NCBI GenBank assembly: GCA_028534125.1
Contig: CM052816.1
Location: 101,308,001 to 101,372,000 of the forward strand
Direction: 5' to 3'
DNA from: Lama glama
Taxonomy: Eukaryota
DNA: 64,000 nucleotides
Below the pieces are notes generated by a model. It did no database searches. It worked only from the letters and a program-made list of their open reading frames with translations, and had not been told where the DNA came from. This document shows positions 52,015-64,000 of this stretch, piece by piece. Within the stretch, counting starts at the first letter, position 1. Each line of letters opens with the position of its first letter. The translations under genes were made by a program, and so were the position numbers.

Positions 52015-52521
52015 CTTCCACAGCCTCTGGGAGGCATCTGCTCTCCCCGGACCCTCCTGCTGGAACCTCCACCACCTTCCTCGACCTGCAGGTGCTGCCT
52101 GACCTGCTGGGACCTCTCACCGCCCCTGCTGCCCTCCAGCTGAGGCCCCTCCTGCCCCTCCCAGGGCCCAGGGGCCCACCCCCCCTCCAGCCAGGGCAAC
52201 TATCCAAGGTCGCTGGCTTGCCCGCAGCCGGACGCCTCCCACTCTCCCCTCCTGCGCAGCCTAATCTCCTTCCCGTGGGACGAGAGGTGCAGTTTACTTA
52301 GTTACCTGGCTAACTGCTCGTGCCCCTCCTTTCCAGGCTCCCTCTCCTGGTAGCCCCCAGGGCCACAGGTCCCTGAGACCACTCAAGGGTCAGCCCCTTT
52401 CCAAACTCCAGGGTGGCTCAGGGGAAGGGACGGCAGGCCCAGCGGGCCGTCTGCTCTCGCTAGAATTGTATTTGGAAACAACCAGGAAGACAGAGGCCAG
52501 AGACAGCGTTTGAACCCACCA

Positions 52522-52560
52522 CCCCTCCCATCCCCTCCCATCCCCTCCCATCCCCTCCCC
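52522..52560. repeat. 10-bp tandem repeat (CCCCTCCCAT)x~4
   Basis: cccctcccatcccctcccatcccctcccatcccctcccc. Confidence 0.85.
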
Positions 52561-52929
52561 CGGCCTGGGGGAGCCCAAGAGGCACCACCCCACGGCTGCC
52601 GGGACCCCTGCGCCTCTCTCAAAGCCGAGAGGTCACGGGCACCTTGAGGAAAGTCCCGTTCGTCCATGACAACATGCCAGGGCGTCTGCAGTCCCTCCCC
52701 CCCAGCAGCCCGAGGCCACCTCCTTCCACACCGAACCACGGCTCTCCGCCCACACCTGCCAGAACAACGTTTCACTACAAAGGAAACACACGCTCAGTGA
52801 GGGGAATTGGAGGGTTTTCAACCACCAGCCGGAGACGAACACGGAGAGCTCCCTCAGTCCCCCGTGGGCGACACGCACACACTCACCCCTTGAAACTTCT
52901 GTCTGTGCCTGAGCTTTACTTAACATTAT

Positions 52930-55900
52930 ATCTTGAGTGATTTCCTTTCGTTAAATTAAAAATTTTAAGACTATGTTTAAATTTGTTTTATGTTACTAAC
53001 TTTTTGTTAGATTTTTTCCTCCAAATGTCACTTGACGTGGACCTTCAGACGTGCTCGGTGCTGCGTGTGCAGTTTTATCACAGAAAAATCCCCGGCACGG
53101 CACACCTCTGCCGCTTTCCACTTGTCCCCGTTCTAAGTATTGTCGTGGTAAATGAACGTGAACACACGTCTTTTTGTTACCGGTTGGCAGGTTGGTGAAT
53201 TTTCGTAAAGCAGGAACATCCAAGTAACAATCACCCAGATCAAGAACAGAACATTCCAGAGCCCCTGAGGCCCTGCTCCCTACCAGGCACCCCTACCTCC
53301 CCCAAAGCAACCACCATCTGCAGGTCTGAAAGCGCAGCTGGGTTTGCTGTTCCTGAGGGGCACCCGACAGCATCCATGGTCTACACCTCCTGCTCCCGGC
53401 ACCCACGGTCTACACTGCCTGCTCCAGGCCTCCAGGGCTCAGCGAGTTTCCGGGGTCTTTCCCGCCACTGCCCTGCCGGCTCCCTGGTGGGAGGTGCCGG
53501 GGGGCCAGGGTTCATTCCTCTGTTCTAGCTGCAGGAGTCCAGTTGTGCCGTTACCACGGGAGCCACTCTGAAGCCTGTCCTCGCCTCCCGGCACGTGCGT
53601 GTCTGTCCTCCACGGGTGCCCAGCCCAAGCAGATGCGGCCAAACCGCTCCCCGGGGGTGGAGCCCACCACCCGCCGGCCCCGGGGTTGTTCTGCAGTCCC
53701 AGTCGCCAGCCCTCTCACTCTGTGGCCATTGTGTCCCCAGCAAGGGTGCATGTTACGTCTTTACTCTGCATTTCCCCAAGGCCTGTGACATCGCTAACCT
53801 CCCGGGAAACGCTGTTCAAATGCCCTTAGTTCGTGGGAGGCTGACTCCTTCCCACTAATGTCCAGGACATTTTCGGGAGCCCTGGACAGGGCTCCACGGG
53901 CTCCTCCCCCAGGGCCCGGCCCAGCCCTCCGCCTGTGGGCGCTTCTAATGAACAGAAGTGCTCAGGGCAGTGTTGTCCGATCACCGCTCCTGTAAGTCCC
54001 TTCGCCTACCTCCCGGTCCCGCGGACATCCTCTCGCCTTCCATCCAGAAGCCTTAGTGTTTCCTTACACGCTGAAGTCAGTGAGCCACTTGGAACTGATT
54101 CTGTGTCGTGTGAGGCAGCTGTCAGTCAAGAGTCTTCTTGTTGGAGGGGGAGGAATATTCAAATGCTGTGGCCCCGTTTATTCAAAATGTCACCCTTGTG
54201 CATCTTCCCCCAGAGCTGCCTTTGCGGTAAACCTCTTGGTGTCTGCGCGGTCTGTGTCTCCACGTCACACTCTGCTCCTTTGGTCTCTTTGTCTATGTTT
54301 TCCTCAAGGGCAGGCAGCCTTTACTCCCGAAGTTTTATCACAGACTTTGTATCTTCCAACTGTGTTTTTCTGAGGCGGGAAGCCCCATAAAAAAACGGGC
54401 AGGACCCCCAGGCAGGGCCACTGCTCTCCTGCCAGCACCGTCCGGTTCCCGGGCCCAGAGGCTCTAGCTCACTTTTTGCCTCTAAAACAGCTTACTTACC
54501 CCTAAAGTTCTATTGGTTCCCTGAGCTCACTCCTGATTGGTTATTTCCTTCACTCCTGATTGGTCCATTTCTACAAAGCTTGTTCCTAATTAGTCAATTT
54601 TTGTTACACCTTATTTGCATATGATGTTGCAAAGTGTAAACTGGCAGCCTATGAAAGCCTGTGTAACCCTACAGACCAGGTCCAGAGCTTGGAGCGTTAA
54701 CTCCTCTGGGCCCGCTGGAGTAGTAAAGCTGAGCTCTCCATCCGCCTCTCCGAGTGCTGCTTGGTCTCGCCCGGATCCTGGTTGCTGTCACAACTGAGCT
54801 GTAACACGTTTTCTCTGCAACACTTCAAGGGCACATACATCTTAGAATGAGCTTGTAAGCTCCCACGGAATGCCGTCTGGGACTTGGACTAAAGTGCATT
54901 CAACCTACGGATCTACAGGTCACTTTAAATGGGGTCTTTAAAATACGGGGTTCTGCAAACCATAAACACAGTGTGCCCCTCTGGCAGCACAGGCTTTCTC
55001 TTTCTCCGTAGTGCTTTACAGTTGTTCCGTCTGGAAAATCTTTTATTACATTTATTCTTGGGGGTTTGACTTATTGGGTGCTCTTGTGAATAACACTGTT
55101 TTTAATGTTCACCTTCTCATTGTGTACTGCTGACATGTGTGACAACACTATTTTTAGATGGAAATCTTTCTCTAATACGTTTAGCCGTTGATTTTTAAAG
55201 ATACCCTCAGTACAAAATTATACCAACTGAAAAGGACAGTTTCAATTTAACCCTTTCCCACCTTCCGCCTTTTACTCTCATTTTTCTCACCGCCTCACGT
55301 GGTGTCCGGCTGCACCCCTGCCTCGCTCCCCATCTCGTGAGACGTTTTCAGTGTTTCCCCTTTGGGCCCATCGAGTGCGAGGGAGATGCTTGCGCAAACT
55401 CTTGTCGGATAAAGGAGCCCCCCTTCTACTCTGCGTGTACTGAGTCCCTTTGTTCTGCTGGAACAGCCTGATGGACGTGTAAACGTCACCAAGTACAATT
55501 CAGTCTCTTTTCAGTGTGTTCACAGCAGCCACCTCTACAGCCAGGGCCAGCACTTTCATCACGCCCCCAAGAACCCCACCTCGGGGGTCTCCCCACCTCG
55601 AGGGGCCTTCTCTGTTTTGATGCTTGTTTACAAATACCCATCCCTGGGTTCTCTTAATGAACCTCTCATTTTTAACTTTAAAACAACCTTATCTTCCCAA
55701 ATCGACCATAGCGCGTAATTATTTACATCCCTGGATTCAGTTGGCGACAAGTTAAGTTAGGGTTTTACACCATGTTCCTTCACCCTGTGTGTCGATCCAG
55801 AATTCTGGTCACTTATTTGGGGTCAGTTGCTGGGAGAGAATTGTGGGGCCACAGACACTCCCGCCTCGGGAGCAGATGCAGACCCCAAGTTGCCGTGACC

Positions 55901-56100
55901 CCACCAGCAGGCAGGCAGGAGAGTCTGCCCACCGCACTGTCACTGATGATCAGTGTTACTGTTTTTAATCTTTGCTAATTTTGTAAGTTTTAGAAAGCAC
56001 AGTTGAAATGGACCAGACGGCTTGTTGAAGCCTTGATAAAATTTTGTAAAATTTGGTGTCTTTTCAATCAGATGCCATCCCAATGGACACCCAGTCAGCT
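52930..56100 (-). mobile_element. Cluster of old L1M fragments interrupted by an LTR
   Basis: gtaacaatcacccagatcaagaacagaacattccag (L1M 3' end) plus ORF2-like antisense segments; AT-richer than the flanks. Confidence 0.6.
54371..54822 (+). mobile_element. Solo ERV LTR (452 bp)
   Basis: TG...CA termini; near-TSD tttc/cttc; three ATTGG boxes, octamer ATTTGCAT, TATA-like tatgaaa, AGTAAA poly(A)-like signal. Confidence 0.75.
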
Positions 56101-57039
56101 TCATATTTTTCTCGCGTTTGTGTCAAGAGGATGGCTCACGCTCCAAATCCACGGGAACGGAAGCTGAGCAGCCGCATTATGAAGTCTTCCTGTGCCGGGC
56201 AGGACGGCGCCGCCCCAAAGCCTTAGGACAGGACGGGTTATCCGTGACTCCTGATGGCCCAGCCACACCCGGGCTTCGGAAGCCATCCAGCACGAGAGGC
56301 AGGGCGGGCAGCGGTGGGGGCCGGGGACAGTCTCGTGATCTCCCGGGTCAGTAACCTTTGCCTCTCCGTCCTGCGTCTTCATGGAGACGCCTGTTTGTAA
56401 GGCTCGAGTCACCGCGGAGTAGCCTCAGAAGTCCCAGGACCTCTGACGCTCCTCCATCCAGACCCCGCCCAGGCCCAGTCTCATCGACTTGTGGGCCCAG
56501 GGGCGAGCCACAGGGTCAGAATCACCCCCGCCTGAGAGCCCTGTCTGAACTCAGAGGGATGCAGCTCCCAGGCCCTGCCCACTGGGAGTGGGGGTCCCCG
56601 GAGCACCTGCCTGAGCGCGCCCGCACCCAGGGACGCAGGCTTCCTGCTGCATTCACCTGGCCAGGCGGGAGGCCAGAGTCCCCTGGAGGCCCCTTCCTGT
56701 GTTTGTTTACTGCTGGGTTGTCCAGAGAACAGGTTGTTACCAACCTGGGTCTTTGAGGAAATAGCCCCGAGATAAGCTGGGCCAGGATGCAGTGAGATCC
56801 TGCCTTCCTCACGATAACAGCTGCCTTGGCCCGCGGGCGCGGGGGAGGAACACGGTGGGCGCAGCGGGCCAGCAGGAGGCCCGGCGACCCCGAGGCCCGC
56901 CGGGAGCCCAGGGCCCGCCCACAGAGCCCTCCGGCTTATTTTCATGGCTAGAAAAAGCAGACAAGACAGAAGCTAAAGGGTCTAAAGTGACCTGGCCAGG
57001 TCAGTAGTGGCATGTGCGCATTTGTCTTTTTGCCGCTTC

Positions 57040-57620
57040 TGTGATTATGAAAGTAACGCATTTTTGTAATGGAAATGTGTCACGTAACTCGGAAGATACA
57101 GAACAAACGCAAGAGACGAGTAAAAAGCATTCGTGATTTCACGATCCGTAGATGGCGGTAAAAAACCAGTCCAGCATTTTTATCCTCATGTACATGTGCA
57201 CACCTACACGTGCTGCAGGACATGCTGATACACGTGCATAATGGGTGTCATTCTCCCACACCACAAAATTCACACTGCCCACTGGCCCCAACGTGGGGCC
57301 GTACTGGAGTCTGTGTGACCACGTTACCCATTCTTCTACTGTTGGGCAGTTCTGGTGCTTCAGATTTTAGTTATTATAAATATTGCTGCAATAGACATCA
57401 TTGTTCAAAAACCCTTCTCCCCGTCTTTGAACTCCTGGGACAGATTTTTCTGGAAGTGGCTCAGGAGGCTGAAGGAAATGCAAGCTGCTTTCTGGAAAGA
57501 CCTCGGCACAGGAGTGCTGCCTCCACGTGCCCCTGGGAAGCGCTGGACGTCGCTGTAATCGTTGCGGCTTGAGTAGGAGTTCGTGGCGAAGATACTGGTT
57601 TGTGTGTCTCGTTTCTGGCT
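57040..57620 (-). mobile_element. Old L1ME-like remnant
   Basis: ttttagttattataaatattgctgcaatagacatc resembles the antisense L1M 3' region. Confidence 0.45.
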
Positions 57621-60600
57621 GCATTAAGGTTTTTCAGGTCCCTCAGCTACTTACAGATTTTCAGTAGGTTAACTGAAAACAGTAAACAGCCAATTATTTT
57701 TTACCAGAAATCAGATTCGCTCAGGAACAGCAAAGAAGTGCGATTCTGGACACGCAAGTGTGGTGACGCGTGAGCACCGTCTTCTGGGGGAAACGGGTTT
57801 CACGGGGGGTGGCTTTTCATTGGCTGAGGGGTCACTGGGCGTGGGGCATCTTTCCTCCTGCCGCTGGTGTGAGGAGGTGGTGACTTCCTGACTCCCTGCT
57901 GGCACCTGTACTGATGTGAGTGGTCCCTGCTGGAGAACCCCCCCGCCCCTTGGTTCTAGCTGGGGTCTCCTCCATTGATTTTCATGACTGCAGTTGCTAC
58001 TACCCTCCTCCTGAGAGGTGAGGGCACTGGGCTGTTTTCCCGCCTCTCTGTGTCGGGGAGTCACACCCAAGGCTCAGAGCACTTGGCCCTGGGGCCTCCC
58101 GGAGCAGAGCCGCGGCCTGACCCGCCCTCCCCAGCGAGGCGGGAGTCTCTGAGCAGGGTGGAGGGCTGCCCCACGGTCAGCGCCCAGCTGTCACCAGCTG
58201 CCCCTGCTGAGGGCATTCCCAGAAACGGGTCAGATTGTTTTCCAGCCGACGAGCAGGATTAACCATCAACCTGAGGAGACGACTTCTCAGCGGACGTCCA
58301 GCCCAGTAATTTTCCACGAGACCCTGCACCCCACCCCTAACTAGTGTCCTTGGAGAGAAACCCTGAGGGGTGGGCAGGAACCTGGGGGGTGGGACAGTCT
58401 GGGAATCTGGCCTTTACACCTGTGGCCCCTTCAAGGGTCCCCACATGACACCCACACCCCTATTCCAGGCCCCTCTTCCACAAACCTCTGGCCCCTCAGC
58501 CCTCGTCCTGCCCTCCCGGACTCACCTGGACCAGTCCCAGAGCCTCAGGCCCCTGCAACCACCCCCCACCCTGGAAGTCAGCCCCCTCCTGCACTCAGCT
58601 CCCTCGAGATGCTGACAGCCTTTCCTCAGGCCTCGCAGACGAGCTCAGCAGACCCCCAGCCCTGGGCTGCCCTCCCCACAGCCCCCTCCTCACTGGGTGC
58701 CCTGCATCCCCCCGGGGAGGCAGGGCTCCCCACTTCACAGCTGCCCTGTTTGGGTTTCAGAGCAGATCTTAGGTGCACAGAGACACACAGAGCAGGTCCC
58801 GGGGGTCCATCGTGGGGAGGGGCACAGAGCCCACAACTGTGCCCTTACGTCCGTGCCCAGCCTCCAGGCCGGCCGCCGCCCTCAGGCCACTGCCGTGCCC
58901 TCAGGGACACGTGAGCTGCGTGTGAGCAGAAACCGTCACTCGGGAATTTGGCTGAGGCTCACTGTTGACCTCTGACAGGCGAGCCTTGTAACAGAGGCGC
59001 TTTGAAGGGAATGCAGTTTGGGGGGAACATTTCTATCACAAGAACAAAATTCGAGGTTTACCCCAACGACCATTTTGGAACCGTTTCTCCATAATCCCAC
59101 AGCTCCTGTGCACCAGGGCCCGCCGGAGACGGACCTCACTGGAGGCTACACTGACCACGGGCCAGAGCACTGGTTCTCAGGCTCTCTCAGTGTGGACTCT
59201 GCAGGGGTTCCTGTGGCCCCTTTAACAGATGGGGCGCAGCCGAACCAAGAAGCTGGCGTCTGTGTGGCTGCGTTCACTGGTAGATCTTAGAGTGCCTTGC
59301 AGAGCCGTCCTGTATGGCCCTCAACACAACGGCCCCATCAGGTGCCATTCAGTGGTGGACAGGCCCGGGGGCAGAGGGGGCAGGGCGGAAGCAGAGAAGA
59401 GCCAGGTAAGGAGCCCCAGGGCACCCCCCACCATGTTCAAGGAGGACCAAAGGAGTCAGGGGCAGAGAGCAGGGCCCGAGAGGCCGGCAAGGTTCAGGCC
59501 AGAGGCCAGGCTCACTACCCAAGGGTGAGAGGCATTCCAAGCCAGGCAGGTTGGCGGAGCCCTCCCCATCAGAGTTCCTGGGGCTGAGATGGTGCTGGCT
59601 GCAGTGAGGGTGTGAGTGGAAAGGGCAGAGGGGAGGCCCAACAGGGAGGGAGCCCTGGCAGGGCGGGAGCCCTGGGGCCCAGGCCGGGGGTGGGGCCTGG
59701 ACACTCATGTCTAGGGGACACTGGAGGACCTGGGGCTGATGCCCCAAGAGGAACACAGGAGGGGGGCTGCAAAGACCCTGCCCAGTGTGCCAGCCTTCCT
59801 GAGGTGCACACGGCGTGGCACATGACCCACCTCCTGTCCTCTGCAGCCACTGGAGGACAGGCCTGGGGCTCCCAGACGGGGAGGCAGGCAGACCTCAGCA
59901 GTTAGAATTCAAGGGTGGACCCTAAAGAGATAGCTGAGCAGGAAGAGTGAGAGAGGTAAGGGAGCCCAGAGCAGGAGACCACTTTCACAACTTCAGCTGC
60001 GCATTTTGCAAGAACTCATGTGAAGGAGAGTTAATTCTCTTAGAAGAGCTGCCCCGGCAGGGAGGGATGGGCAGTGGGGATTAGCCAGCCACAGGGGTGT
60101 GGTCAGCTCCGCTGCTCAGGTTGCCTGAGGCCGGAGAGGGGGGCGAGGAGGGGGAGGGGAGCAGCACACAGAGTGGGGCTACAGGATCTAGGCCCCACCC
60201 ACAAACTTCGGGGCAGGGAGGTGGCCAGGAGAGGCCAGGCTGGACGTCAGGGTCAAGGACATGAGGAAAGCCTGAGGTGGGGGAGGGGAAGGAAATCAGG
60301 CTCTGGGGACCCTCCTGGAGGTCAGAGGGCCAGAGGGCCCCCAGAGGACATGGTGCCGCCCAGAGCCGACTCAGGGAACTCCGAGGTGGCTCAGGCTGAG
60401 GGCCAGGTCCCTGTCAGGGAAGTCACCCCCGGCCCAACAGGGCGTCAGAGTTGGCAGGGCTGAGATAGGGGATCTGGGCCCAGGGCACCAGCTCATGGAC
60501 CAGGCGCTCCGGGCTGGACACAGTCTGGGGGTCACATATGACCCCGGACGGGGTGGGCTTGGGGAGCATCAGGCCTGGGTGTGGTCTTGGGTGGTGGCCA

Positions 60601-63600
60601 GGGTTCAGAGGGCAAGGTCACGGGGGTTAGGGGACAGTGCCTGAGTCAGCTCCTCACGTGAGAGGCTGGGAAAAAGTGTCCAGGAGGGTGGGGGCCTGAC
60701 CAGAGTCTTCAGAGGAGTGAGCCAGGGCAAGGTCAGAGGGTGGAGGAAGGAGGAGGGGCCGCATGTGTGACCTGCTCCCTCTGGCCCTGGGACTCTCCAG
60801 GTCAGCCCCACGCCCTGTCCCTCTGGCTCATCTCAGCCCCAGGGGAGGCCTGGCACCCCCATAGGCCCTTAGTCACCGCGGCTCAGACTTAAGTCTCACC
60901 TGCCATGCAGCTCAGGAAAACTGCAATCTTTGGAGCAGGTCTCCTGGGGCCTCTGCCAATCCAAAGGGTGAGATTGGATGGCCCAGGAAGAAGGTCCAGG
61001 AGAGGCATCCCGGAGCCACCTGACCCCACCCTGCACGGCAGTCTGCAGTGCCAACAGACAAGCTTGTCTCCTCCGCAGGGATGGTGCCCAGCCTTCAGTG
61101 TGCGGAGGCGGGGGGAACCAAAGGAGGGGTGCCAGGGAGAGTTCCAGCAAAGGGACCACCGGCTGAGGCGGCAGGAGGGGAGGGGAGGCTATGGAATCGC
61201 CTCCTGGGAGGGGTCTCAGACTCTGCTCCCCACCACCTGCACTCATGGGAAACTCTCAGAAGATGAAGCCAGGCCATCTTTGTGGGGTCATGCTGTCCTG
61301 CTGGAGGTGGGGGTGGAGGGTCCCCAGACCCAGTGCACGGGGTGGGGGGTGTTCAGCCAACCATGGCTTCAGGGAATGCAGCCCCCACACCCTCCAGGGG
61401 CAGCACCCTCCCAGCTGGATGCCAGCACGCTCACCCCCGGGGTTGAACTGCAGGACCAGGAGCCCCGCCCTGGACACCCTCCTCTCCCCTTGCCCCTCCA
61501 CCCCAGGACAGGGGGTCCTGACCCCTCTACCACGGCTGACCCCATGGTGGGCACAGATGGTCCTGGCCCACCCACTGCTCCTCCACGCGCCCTGACCTCC
61601 GACTGCAGTCTCTTCCTTCCTCTTCCACCCCTCCTGTCCACCGGGACTCCACCCCTGCTCTGCCCAGAGGCCAGGTGGGTGGCCGGGTTCTCAGCCAGCC
61701 CCTGTGTATACCCCCACGGGCTCCGGACCCCTGCGGGCGTTGGGTGTGGGTCGCTCCCTGACACGTCTGTCCTGGCTGCACTAGTTCACCCGGGGAACGG
61801 TGCGGGCGGTAATGCCACAATGAGCCAGCAGGGGGAGCACGCACTCCAAGATAATGAGACTACTCACGGCACAGGGGCACAGATGGACACAGGTGCACAC
61901 GGACACCCACACTCACAGACAGGGCCCCGGGACCCCTCCCCCAAGATTAAGGTTTGCAAGCCACCTGATGAAAGCCATGCAGACCCACCGCTGCACCATC
62001 CCTGCAGCAGGTCCCCCTGCAGACCCAGGCTCCGTGGGACCCGGGAGACAACGGAGCGGCAGCCTGGGGGTGGGCGGGGCTGCTTCCACCTGCCCCACGG
62101 TCGACGCGCCCCCAGGCTCACATCCCCCAGGACGACAGGCCTGGGTGCAGGGGTGCCAACACCGAGGAGCCCTCAGGCCCTTTCGCTGTGCCTCTGCGGC
62201 ACCCCAGCTCCCCACGCTCTCAGTACATCTCTCCGGGGAGAGAAGCCCCAAAGTCTCATTCAAGTTTAAAATATGTTCATTCTTTAACAAGTAGCACTTA
62301 GCTCTTGTTCCCAAAGCGCCAAAGATCTTGGAAGTGACATTCAGCCTCTGTCTCTGTGTCTCTCAGACCCGCTGCCAGGGAGGGCCTGGGTGCTCCCAGG
62401 GAGGGGACAGTCGTCCAGCAGGGGAAGGGTCAGTTCAGAGGGCCCTGGGGGTGGGGGTGGAGGTGGGAAGGGAGGAGCCCCAGGGACACCCCGAGGCCCT
62501 AAGTCAGCAGGCGGTGAGCTCTGGGGCTGCCAGGCAGGGAGTGGCCGCAGGAGGGCCCCTGGTGCCCGCCTGGCCCAGCCTCTTCACACACCCAGAGTGA
62601 GTGTGTGCCAGCCTGGTGGCCATGGGCCCGAGGCCCCTCGCAGGCAGACCCATGTGCCCAGGCCTGGGAGCAGCAGCCTAACGGCGGGTTTTCAACAGTT
62701 CAGCCAAGTGGGCGTTTGTGGTGGTCCCTCCCGCAGGGCACTGAGGTGGGTTAGATGTCTGCTCCTGTCCTGACGGCCCCCAGGCGGGGCAGCCATGCAT
62801 CAGCTTGGGTCTGCTGTCCTCCATGTCCACTGTCTCTAGGCCTCCAGGCAGCTGTGGGGCTGGTCCTCAGTCCATGGCCCGTGGCCTCCTGACCTGCTGT
62901 GGAGTCCTCCCCATCCTGCATGCTCTCTGCTCTCAGGCCCAGAATATCCGGGGGGGGTGGTTCTCCGCCATGCAGACCCCACTGGTCTTTTCTGCTCTGC
63001 TTGAGCCGACTCAACCTGGAATTCTGCCTGCGATCGGGACCAGTCCCCTGTGGAGGCTCGTGAGGACCCCCAGCAGCTGCCTGCCATTGCGAATGGCCCC
63101 AGTGCTCGCCTCCTAGTGAGGCTGGTGACCAGCCCTACGTAAGCAGTACACAGCTCGCAGTGTTTGCCACCTTCTGGGGTACAGGCATCCCACGTGGCTG
63201 ATTTCAAGCCACCCCTGGTTAACTGTGGGCCCCCGGTTCCTGAGGATCCAGCAATTGCTCCTGTACTGGGACGGGGTGCCCGCATCCAGGAGGGGGCCCA
63301 GGCCCGAGCCCACGACTGACACTGGGGTGACATGGGGAGGGGGGTCAACCTGTGTGGGGCGCAGAGCAGGCCCAGTGCTGCAGAGGGGCAGACGGCAGCT
63401 CCTCACACCACGTCCCAAGGGGACAGGGAGCCTCTGTCCAGGCCAGGGGGACAGGTGTCTATGGGCGCCCTCCCCTTCCCTTCAGCACAAGCCCCTCGCC
63501 TCCACGTGCCCTCTGCCTCCAGGGCCCCAAGAGGCCAGGCCTCCACTGCTCTGTGTGGCCTGGACTGGCGGTGGGGGCTCCCCCAGTAAGGGCTGCTGGG

Positions 63601-64000
63601 GGTCCTGTGTGGGTCCTTGTGGGGTCCTGTATCCGGGGCTGTATTACATAGGAAGCAAGTTCAGTGTTTGTCCCCTGGTTCCTCCAACAGAATGTGGGGT
63701 GCATGAAGGGGAAGTGAGGTCAAGGTCCCCCCCCACTGTGGAGGGGGGCTCTGAGGTGATGCCACTGGGTCCCTTCCGGGGTTGAGCACTTTTGGGCTGT
63801 GTAGAGACCCCTGCCACGTACCTTTGACACCAGCCCTGCCTCGCCCAGCCCAGGCCCCGGGCACAGGTTCCTGTCACCCTGCACAGGCAGACCTTGGGTG
63901 GGAGCTTCTCCCCTTTACTCCCCAGGCTTCGGGGTCCCACAGCCCAGACACGAGCCAGACACACCCTCAAGCCAGGGCCTCCCAGCCCAATGGAGGGGCT

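Noticed and set aside
51555-52207. Ser/Leu/Pro-rich and Glu/Arg/Gly-rich ORFs
   Set aside because: Translation of the GA-rich simple repeat.

Overview
GC-rich mammalian genomic DNA carrying the conserved TERT-SLC6A18-SLC6A19 cluster. The species is probably a camelid or other cetartiodactyl, judged from memory of an L1 3' end at ~2.6-2.9 kb. On the + strand is the 3' part of TERT: the end of exon 4 through exon 16 (human numbering), 512 codons plus stop, with RT motifs A, B', C, E and the DFKTILD C-terminus intact. On the - strand are complete 12-exon SLC6A18 (B0AT3, 620 aa, 32269->16735) and SLC6A19 (B0AT1, 634 aa, 50351->35340). All exons were traced by hand with GT-AG boundaries and consistent phases. 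The rest is intron or intergenic DNA with old L1, MaLR, MER21, L2 and ERV-LTR remnants and simple repeats. I see no convincing new biological system. The most notable unexplained structures are a 40-bp near-perfect inverted repeat pair in SLC6A19 intron 1, a motif-rich solo LTR upstream of SLC6A19, strongly GC-shifted L1 fossils, and the SLC6A19 3' end abutting the SLC6A18 promoter. Repeat family names and human comparisons come from recall, not database searches.
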